Of a DNA stretch of 54,550 nt, positions 47,773 to 54,550 are shown piece after piece. The position numbers were made by a program, and so were the translations under genes. The notes under the pieces were generated by a model that worked only from the letters and a program-made list of their open reading frames with translations, was not told the origin of the DNA and searched no databases. Each line of letters opens with the position of its first letter. The first letter of the stretch is position 1. The DNA comes from a virus (lineage: Duplodnaviria; Heunggongvirae; Uroviricota; Caudoviricetes), in IMG/VR virus record IMGVR_UViG_3300023184_000028, positions 1 through 54,550 of that record; one strand, written 5' to 3'.

Positions 47773-48990
47773 TTATTTTATAAGTGATTTGTACCATTCT
47801 GCCCTTGCTTTTGTTACCACATTCAAATCGTATCTATTTTTAACTGTTTCGTATAATCTTTCACCCAAATCTACAACTAAATTTCTATTATCGTTCAATT
47901 TTTTTATAAATTTATACCAATCACTATGATTTCTATTTTCATCCACTAATAACGCATTACCATCAGAAGTGAAATTACCATTGTTTAATGCGTGTTTTAA
48001 GTCAACAGTGTAAGGACCAACATTAGATGCTATGATTGCTTTTTTGTAGAATCCTGCCTCAATTACTTTAAGTTGTGATTTAACTCTATTGAAAATATGG
48101 TTTTTAATCGGTGCTAATGACACATCAAATTTTGAGTAATTTTTCGCATATGCCGTTACAGGTCTTGTCCAAACTCTTCTATACAATTCATTTGCTTCAT
48201 TAGGATATTCTTCTTCTTTATACATTTTTAGATGTTTTACATACTCATCAGATAATCCATAATATTTGTCAGTAACAATTTCTTCATATTTAGCCCACAC
48301 CGTTTCTTCAGGTTTAATTGGCCTTTGTTTTTGTTCTCCTGTTTGTTGATTAATTTCAGTAATTGTACCTCTTGTATCAAATCCACATAAAACAAATTGG
48401 AGGTCTTCTCTCTCAGAATTTAATTTGGACATAGATTGTTCCATTAACATTAAATCATGTAAATGTGATGAACCCCCTAACCAACCAATTCTTAATTTAT
48501 CACTATGTAATGTAGGTTCCTTAAATTGTCCTTCGTTTGGATTAATAGCGTTTGGAAAAATAACAACATTTTTATTTAACAGTTTTATTTCGTCAGCAAA
48601 AATAGATGTTGTTGTAGTAACATACTCCGCAGCTCTTAAATTAGCCGTAATTTTTTCATTCAATTTGTTAACTCTAATTATTTCGTAGATAGGGTGTTCT
48701 TTTGTTGGTAACCAATAATCATCAATATCAACAATAGTGATGATTCCCATTGATTTTAATCCTTGTAATAAATTTGGGGTTTCATCGTAGTTTTGTCCAA
48801 TATTTCTATGAATATGAACAATTTGATATTTTTTCCAATAATTTGGATTCTTAATATCAGGTGAATAATCTATATCCACATGAAAATCATCGGGATACAT
48901 ATTTTGTAAGAACACGTGCGGGTCAACTGAACGAAATTTACCAACGCCGGTTTTATCTGATGGAAGTACTAGTACATTAATTTTTGACAT
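47773..48990 (-). CDS. GT-B glycosyltransferase
   Basis: DIDDYW, PNAI, IGWLGGSSH..DL, FNRVKSQLKVIEAG, IASNVGPY. Confidence 0.85.
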   Translation of the reverse strand: MSKINVLVLPSDKTGVGKFRSVDPHVFLQNMYPDDFHVDIDYSPDIKNPNYWKKYQIVHIHRNIGQNYDETPNLLQGLKSMGIITIVDIDDYWLPTKEHPIYEIIRVNKLNEKITANLRAAEYVTTTTSIFADEIKLLNKNVVIFPNAINPNEGQFKEPTLHSDKLRIGWLGGSSHLHDLMLMEQSMSKLNSEREDLQFVLCGFDTRGTITEINQQTGEQKQRPIKPEETVWAKYEEIVTDKYYGLSDEYVKHLKMYKEEEYPNEANELYRRVWTRPVTAYAKNYSKFDVSLAPIKNHIFNRVKSQLKVIEAGFYKKAIIASNVGPYTVDLKHALNNGNFTSDGNALLVDENRNHSDWYKFIKKLNDNRNLVVDLGERLYETVKNRYDLNVVTKARAEWYKSLIK

Positions 48991-49041
48991 TCTTTATAAT
49001 TTTAATAAAGGATAACCAAAAAAATGTAATAAAGAAAGAAA

Positions 49042-49614
49042 TTACTTAGTTTTTTTTATTCGTGAGATTTTACCTTCAAAGATATGTTGACCAACTCTAA
49101 TTGTCATTGTTTCGTCAGTTTTTGTAGATGATTCAAGAATTAACCCATTTTCCGCTAAAACTTCTTCAACAACTTCTTTCATCATTCTTTTTAATTCAGA
49201 ATTTGATGGTAATTTTGTTGATGTTGTTTTATTTTCTGAAATAGGTTCAGGTCTTTTTGTTCCCATTAGTTTAGAGGCTTTTTCAATTAACTCATCCGAT
49301 AAGACTGAATTTGATGGGGACATTGGATTAGACGCAACAATAGGATTTTCAATCATTAATTTTTTAATTTCGTCGGGAAGCTTAGAATTTAGAATTCTGT
49401 CTTTGGTTACAGGTTGAGGATTCGGATTAATTGTTTTAGTTTCCGACATTAATTCTTGAGGTATATTGTATTTTGCGGTTGGGGCCTCATAATCTTCTAA
49501 TTCAGGTTGAGGTATATTAATACTTTGAGATGGAGCATTACCTCTACCCATTTGACTATGTTTATCCATGATAGCTTTTGATATTGCCAATTTTTCCATT
49601 AAATTACTACTCAT
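49042..49614 (-). CDS. Hypothetical protein
   Basis: 190-aa ORF with SKLPDEIKKLMIENPI motif. Confidence 0.7.
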   Translation of the reverse strand: MSSNLMEKLAISKAIMDKHSQMGRGNAPSQSINIPQPELEDYEAPTAKYNIPQELMSETKTINPNPQPVTKDRILNSKLPDEIKKLMIENPIVASNPMSPSNSVLSDELIEKASKLMGTKRPEPISENKTTSTKLPSNSELKRMMKEVVEEVLAENGLILESSTKTDETMTIRVGQHIFEGKISRIKKTK

Positions 49615-49615
49615 A

Positions 49616-50023
49616 TTATGCTACGTTTTGTAAGGGAGTATTATCAAATTTCGCGTTAATGATAACATTAACCATACTTTTATCTCCATTAAAATTATAA
49701 CCATCTCTTGGTTCATTGTAAACTTCACCGGTGGGTTTTAACATTAATATTTTGTCTAACCTAAATAACCTCCATCCTGGTAATGGTTGTTCTCCGTTAT
49801 AAGCAGTATAAGATGAACCTTCCATGTCCCAAGCTCTTAATACTCGGTTACCTGCTTTACTAACACCAAAACAAACGGGTTCTATTTCACGCATTCCTCT
49901 ACCGCCAGGCTCGTCACCATCGTAGTAGATGACGAGTTTCTGTCGGTTTTTAATTGCATGAGTAATACCTTCAATCGTTGCCGATTCGGTAATTACTTGT
50001 TTGAAGGTATTTATCAATTTCAT
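49616..50023 (-). CDS. Stand-alone WYL-domain protein
   Basis: AI.NR..L.I.Y...R.IEP..G...LRAW...WRLFRLDKI. Confidence 0.85.
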   Translation of the reverse strand: MKLINTFKQVITESATIEGITHAIKNRQKLVIYYDGDEPGGRGMREIEPVCFGVSKAGNRVLRAWDMEGSSYTAYNGEQPLPGWRLFRLDKILMLKPTGEVYNEPRDGYNFNGDKSMVNVIINAKFDNTPLQNVA

Positions 50024-50313
50024 TAGAAATCAGGATATGTCGTATTTGAGTTGTAATGATTAATTGCAACTTCAATATTTCTTTCTCTAACGTCAAATCC
50101 AGCACCTGCGGCCTGATTAAATACGTCTAAATCACCACCTGTACCTTTACCTTGGTCATCACCTGTAGCTAATGCATCGGGGCTAACTGCTGAGTATTCG
50201 TTTGCGATGTTATAATCGTTTCTCGGAAATAAAATATTTCTTTGAGCTTCTGCGATTTGTGATAATGAGTTTCTCTCATCTTGAGAAATGTCAATTGGTT
50301 CTAAAACTGGCAT
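50023..50313 (-). CDS. Hypothetical protein
   Basis: 96-aa ORF within operon. Confidence 0.65.
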   Translation of the reverse strand: MPVLEPIDISQDERNSLSQIAEAQRNILFPRNDYNIANEYSAVSPDALATGDDQGKGTGGDLDVFNQAAGAGFDVRERNIEVAINHYNSNTTYPDF

Positions 50314-50315
50314 AA

Positions 50316-50729
50316 TTAAATTATTTTTTGGATTATTTGGTTTATTCTTTTTAATGCTTCGGTTATTTTTATATCCGAATTTATTTTATCATGACTTTTA
50401 CTTGGTCTGTTCAAGTCATTGACTTTATCTTTATTATGTGGTCTGATATAAGCGTTTGGCATACCACTTTGAGCTTTTGCTTCTTTTCCTGCCTCAATAG
50501 AACTTCTATCAGAGTTTAATGTATGGTTAACCCATCCTAACATATGGTCTCCACCTAAACTATCTTTCTCCCCATTCTCCATTCTATGTTTCATTTTTTT
50601 CAATAAAGAATAAGATACGTTACCTGTTGATAATAAGTTACCAATAGTTTCATTCGTCTCGTACTTTTTCAGATGTTTCAAAGTAGAGTCAGGAATTTTA
50701 TATTCTTTACCGTATAAATCTTTATTCAC
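50316..50729 (-). CDS. Hypothetical protein
   Basis: 137-aa ORF ending ITE|ALKRINQII. Confidence 0.7.
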   Translation of the reverse strand: MNKDLYGKEYKIPDSTLKHLKKYETNETIGNLLSTGNVSYSLLKKMKHRMENGEKDSLGGDHMLGWVNHTLNSDRSSIEAGKEAKAQSGMPNAYIRPHNKDKVNDLNRPSKSHDKINSDIKITEALKRINQIIQKII

Positions 50730-51570
50730 TTTTTAACATTTTAATTAGTTCATTAATTGTTAAACCTTCTTTGTCGGCCATTTTTTTAAGGGCCTCAACA
50801 TTTTTCTTAATAACTTTAGAAACTTTACTTTCTTTTTCACTAATTTCGGTTCCTTTATTTCTCTTATTAAGTAAAATTTCTTCAACCACTTTAATCATTT
50901 TAGCCCTTTCAATTTCAGACAAGGTCATTCTATCTATAAATCCTTTCTTGTGTCTGATACTTTTAGGTGCGTTATTAGTTCTTTTTCCGTATGGGTCTTT
51001 ACCAAACTGTTGAGTTCTTTCTTTTGCCTCATCAGGATTCATACCCATCTTAGTACATAAATATTTATAAGTTTGTTTTCCATCCATATCTTTTGTTTCT
51101 TCATATCCAAAAGCTTCTGAATAATCAACTTCATTAACAACATCTTCATCATCAACCGATTCACCGTAGTATTTTCTATAACCTCTTAATAATGGGTTAT
51201 TTGGCATTCTTGCCATTGCCACTGTTTGGTCAGTTGTTTTATGTGGAGTCATTCCCATATCTAAAATAGGGATACTTGAATTTGCTAAAGAACCATCTTT
51301 ATCAATAAACTCACCTATTTCATCTTTACTAATTGGCTCAAAATATTTTTTAATTTGGTCTTTTGTTTTTAATTTTTTTCCTTTAATAACAGACGAAACA
51401 CCCTTTCTAACTTTTTCACTATCTTTTTTGTCAAAATCTAATTTATCGTCTTTTTTTCTTGATTCCGTTAATGTTTCGGCAATAGAATAGTATAACGATA
51501 TTTTATCTGTTTTTTCTGTTAAATAAAAGTAATAAGGTCTTATAAAATATTCCTTGTTAAATTCAATCAT
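50722..51570 (-). CDS. Hypothetical protein
   Basis: 282-aa ORF with TATTTAT on the minus strand at 51593-51587. Confidence 0.7.
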   Translation of the reverse strand: MIEFNKEYFIRPYYFYLTEKTDKISLYYSIAETLTESRKKDDKLDFDKKDSEKVRKGVSSVIKGKKLKTKDQIKKYFEPISKDEIGEFIDKDGSLANSSIPILDMGMTPHKTTDQTVAMARMPNNPLLRGYRKYYGESVDDEDVVNEVDYSEAFGYEETKDMDGKQTYKYLCTKMGMNPDEAKERTQQFGKDPYGKRTNNAPKSIRHKKGFIDRMTLSEIERAKMIKVVEEILLNKRNKGTEISEKESKVSKVIKKNVEALKKMADKEGLTINELIKMLKSE

Positions 51571-51623
51571 CTCAAATTATTTATATATAAATACTGCGAT
51601 TCAAGTATTTATCTAAAGTAATT

Positions 51624-54550
51624 ATGTCGTATCAAAATATAAATCAGTATAATTTTAATAAGTGGTACCTTATAGATAGGTCTGATATTCAGGATTTTTG
51701 CTTGGCATCAGATGAAAAGGACTACAAATTTGAGGTTATTTTCTCAAATACACTTATTGGTGCCGATGACGGTAATAAACTTCCTATCAGTTTTGATTTG
51801 GATTATAGTGGTAACACAGAATTTTATGTGTTAAATTATAATGAATATAATCCATTTAATAACTTAGTTTCATCCAATTATTATAACCCAAAAAATGAGG
51901 ATTTAACTTGTTTTACAGCGAACACTGCCTGTGATATTGGACTTACAGGAACCGATAACGGACTTGTAGAACAGATGACAGGTGAAACAATTACATTTAC
52001 TCAAGGATTATTTGATAATTCGTTAAAGTTTGAGAGATTATATTTTGATAGAAGATTAAAACTTCACCAAGTAACAGGATATACCCAATCACCAAACATA
52101 CAATTTTCAGGGCTACCTGATACCATGTTATTTAATGTAGTATCAAAATTGGAAGATAAGGTCGGTGTTTATCATGAATTATATGGTGGGTTTTATCAAG
52201 GGTTTTATAAGTTACATGGATACGATTACGAAATTTTTCCTGAAAGAGTAAATAAGGGATGGACTGTGGAGATGTTATTAAAACCAAGATTGGTTGATGA
52301 ATACATATTAAATCCCGGTGAAACAACTCTTAATACTTTCTATCCTGATAATAAAAATATATTTTTCTTTTTTGGAACTAGAGCAGAGAACAAATATTAT
52401 CACCATGCTAGCGGAAGTCCTGTTTCAGATACGGGATATACGAGGGTAACATCTTTATTAAGTTCTATTGAAACTTGTGCATGTTGTGATTCAGGCGTGA
52501 CTACTTCAAGATGTATTTACGTTTATCCTCCCCAACACGACCCATCAATTACCGCAACCACTTGTGGATGGGAGGGACAAAAACACGCTTGTTCTGCGGT
52601 TACAACTACAACAACTGTACAATGTGCCCCTTGTGAACCTTGTTTAACAGGATGTGATGGTACAACACCACAAACATACGAATATACTTGTGAAACCGAC
52701 CCATTATTTGATTCAATGTCAAATGCCATCGCACTTAAATTATGTGGTGACCCAAAGAATCCTCAGATTGGTGTTAGAATGTTAAGATTTACGGGGACAT
52801 CATTTGCCGATGGTAATTGTATCACGGGTTCTTGTTCTACAACAGGAGTTAGTGTTACGACAGGTTATACAATAGAAACATTATGTACTCCAAAAGGGAT
52901 ATATGACGATTGTTTATTAATTAGTACCGAAATCTTAAACAAAGAACGTTGGATTCAGATTGATGCGGTTTGGGAAAGAAATACATATCTTGAAAATTGT
53001 GATTTGTGGTATAAAGGAGGCTTGGGACTAATAACAAAAACGGAATATCTTGCGAGTTTATCAAACAACTCAATTTCATTGGTAACACCAACTAATTGTT
53101 CTCCTGATGAAAAAATAACCTTATCTCAATTAAATCAAGCTTGGTTAAATGAGAAAGATTTTAGAAAAGGTAAATTAAAAATATATGTTAATGGTAGGTC
53201 ATTCTATACTTTTGAGAATGTTGAAGAAATCATACCTAGGTCATTATATGCCGACAAAGAAAAACAACTTGGGGTTCCGTTTAGTATATCATGGGGTGGC
53301 GGAACGCAAGGATTACATAATAATTTAGTATTTACGGGAGCTCCTGATTCATTAACAGGTTTAATCTATCAACAAGACCCCGAATTATTCCCAAATAATA
53401 TTTTAAGTGGTACAACTTTATCAGGTTTAACAACTACTATTTTATTAGAACAAAATTTTGGTGGAACATTTGATGGGGGTATTTCACAGTTTAGAATGTA
53501 TAGCGAACCTTTAAGTGCTGATGAAGTTAAACATAACTACAAACTACTTAAAGATAAATTTTCGTTATTTGATTACGATTGTCCTAATTGTTGTTTACCA
53601 AATGATATTATTGGTAATATAAGTGTATGTGATATAAGTTATGACGTGTTATCTGCAAATACAATAACTGTAAGAGCAGTTTATTCTGCGGGTTCAATAT
53701 CTTCAACATATATTGCAGAATCTCAATTTCCTTTAGATGATAATATTGATTTTACATTCACTAATACATTGGGTGTATATGTTGGAGACCCAATAATTAT
53801 TGATGTTTCAATAACAATTGAATCTGGTTCTAGTTCAGGGACAACAACAATCGTAATAGATTCCGATTTTAATAATTTGGACTTAACAAGCAGTTTTTCA
53901 GGGTTTAATACGACATTTACAGGAACTACACAATTTGGGTTTAGAGCGATATATGATTATAACTTTATAATTCCTCCGAGCCCAACACCAACACCAACTC
54001 CTACACCTACACCAACTCAAACTCCTGACCAAGTATTAATTGACCCAATTATTACTGATAATGGTGAGTTTATTTCAGTTGGTGAAAACGAATATTTACA
54101 ATTTGTTGACCCAGAACAAAATATTTTTGATGCGGTTTTAACTACTATCGGTGAATACATATCGGTTGGATTTGACCAATTTTTAAGGTTTATAAATCCA
54201 TCCCCAAGTCCTACACCCACGATGGGTTCACCATTTCAGTTAGGTAGAAAACATGTTAAAGATGAAAGAGATAACAATTACTTAATTTCTAATTTTTACG
54301 ATTGGTTGGTTAGTGTTAAAACCAAACCAACGGTTGTTCCAACGCCAACACCGACAAAAACAAAATTACCAATAACACCAACACCGACAAAAACAAAATT
54401 ACCAATAACACCAACAAAAACACCAACCCCAAGTATAACACCAAGCAAATCAATAACAACGAAATATTGGGATGATAATGTATGGTGGGGTAATCAATTA
54501 AATACTCCAATGTGTGTTGGATATGCTTGGGCCCATTGGATTTCAGATGG
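51624..54550 (+). CDS. Large virion-type protein (>975 aa, truncated by window): Cys-rich LamG-like region, Pro/Thr linkers, papain-like (C1A) peptidase start
   Basis: Hand-translated from ATG 51624 (MSYQNINQYNF); frame spot-checked to the window end: GKLKIYVNG, FDGGISQFRMYSEPLSADEV, PTPTPTP, LGRKHVKDERD, WWGNQLNTPMCVGYAWAHW. Absent from the ORF track, consistent with no in-frame stop. Confidence 0.8.
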   Translation, partial: MSYQNINQYNFNKWYLIDRSDIQDFCLASDEKDYKFEVIFSNTLIGADDGNKLPISFDLDYSGNTEFYVLNYNEYNPFNNLVSSNYYNPKNEDLTCFTANTACDIGLTGTDNGLVEQMTGETITFTQGLFDNSLKFERLYFDRRLKLHQVTGYTQSPNIQFSGLPDTMLFNVVSKLEDKVGVYHELYGGFYQGFYKLHGYDYEIFPERVNKGWTVEMLLKPRLVDEYILNPGETTLNTFYPDNKNIFFFFGTRAENKYYHHASGSPVSDTGYTRVTSLLSSIETCACCDSGVTTSRCIYVYPPQHDPSITATTCGWEGQKHACSAVTTTTTVQCAPCEPCLTGCDGTTPQTYEYTCETDPLFDSMSNAIALKLCGDPKNPQIGVRMLRFTGTSFADGNCITGSCSTTGVSVTTGYTIETLCTPKGIYDDCLLISTEILNKERWIQIDAVWERNTYLENCDLWYKGGLGLITKTEYLASLSNNSISLVTPTNCSPDEKITLSQLNQAWLNEKDFRKGKLKIYVNGRSFYTFENVEEIIPRSLYADKEKQLGVPFSISWGGGTQGLHNNLVFTGAPDSLTGLIYQQDPELFPNNILSGTTLSGLTTTILLEQNFGGTFDGGISQFRMYSEPLSADEVKHNYKLLKDKFSLFDYDCPNCCLPNDIIGNISVCDISYDVLSANTITVRAVYSAGSISSTYIAESQFPLDDNIDFTFTNTLGVYVGDPIIIDVSITIESGSSSGTTTIVIDSDFNNLDLTSSFSGFNTTFTGTTQFGFRAIYDYNFIIPPSPTPTPTPTPTPTQTPDQVLIDPIITDNGEFISVGENEYLQFVDPEQNIFDAVLTTIGEYISVGFDQFLRFINPSPSPTPTMGSPFQLGRKHVKDERDNNYLISNFYDWLVSVKTKPTVVPTPTPTKTKLPITPTPTKTKLPITPTKTPTPSITPSKSITTKYWDDNVWWGNQLNTPMCVGYAWAHWISD
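54345..54410 (+). repeat. 33-bp perfect tandem repeat, two copies
   Basis: CCAACACCGACAAAAACAAAATTACCAATAACA (PTPTKTKLPIT). Confidence 0.9.

Noticed and set aside
34496-48990. Bacterial capsule/LPS locus (host contamination or prophage flank)
   Set aside because: Interleaved with phage-type sigma, phoH, dut and exonuclease genes, continuous with baseplate genes, and lacking export/polymerase genes
52132-54510. Short minus-strand ORFs in the last 3 kb
   Set aside because: Shadows of the long plus-strand ORF starting at 51624
1-54550. Stop-codon reassignment as in some large phages
   Set aside because: Core genes are full length in code 11 with high coding density; TAG and TGA end genes normally (e.g. 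TerL TAG, KTSC TGA)

Overview
This window is part of a large, AT-rich, T4-related (jumbo/huge-type) tailed phage genome in standard genetic code; several independent cues point to a Bacteroidota host (TTTG-N19-TAnnTTTG promoter, Bacteroidia-type bS21, DUF4494-like gene, G-initiated tmRNA tag, near absence of Shine-Dalgarno sites). Left part (1-11.6 kb): accessory, lysis-like and proteostasis genes (SPFH, DenV-like glycosylase, TM+GAF holin-like protein, M15-like peptidase, lipoprotein, tmRNA, M20/M28 peptidase, ClpC lacking its N-domain, Hsp20, KTSC, Pol-beta nucleotidyltransferase). Centre (11.8-25.5 kb): head module (acidic core-like proteins, TerL, portal, an antisense ribosomal protein bS21 gene, prohead protease, scaffold, major capsid protein). 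Right part (28-51.6 kb, minus strand): baseplate-like genes, a gp55-like late sigma factor, a ~14 kb glycosyltransferase/sugar-modification locus with PhoH, dUTPase, an exonuclease and a WYL protein. A large plus-strand ORF missing from the ORF track (LamG-like plus papain-like protease) runs off the right end. Best leads: (i) a clustered phage tag-and-degrade module (tmRNA with an unusual 22-aa tag, N-domain-less ClpC, peptidase, Hsp20 behind a sigma54-like promoter); (ii) a late TATTTAT regulon whose proteins share (I/L/V)xE cleavage leaders, suggesting many head-packaged cargo proteins; (iii) a candidate virion-glycosylation pathway using a C-methylated sugar. All family assignments come from reading motifs, not from database searches.
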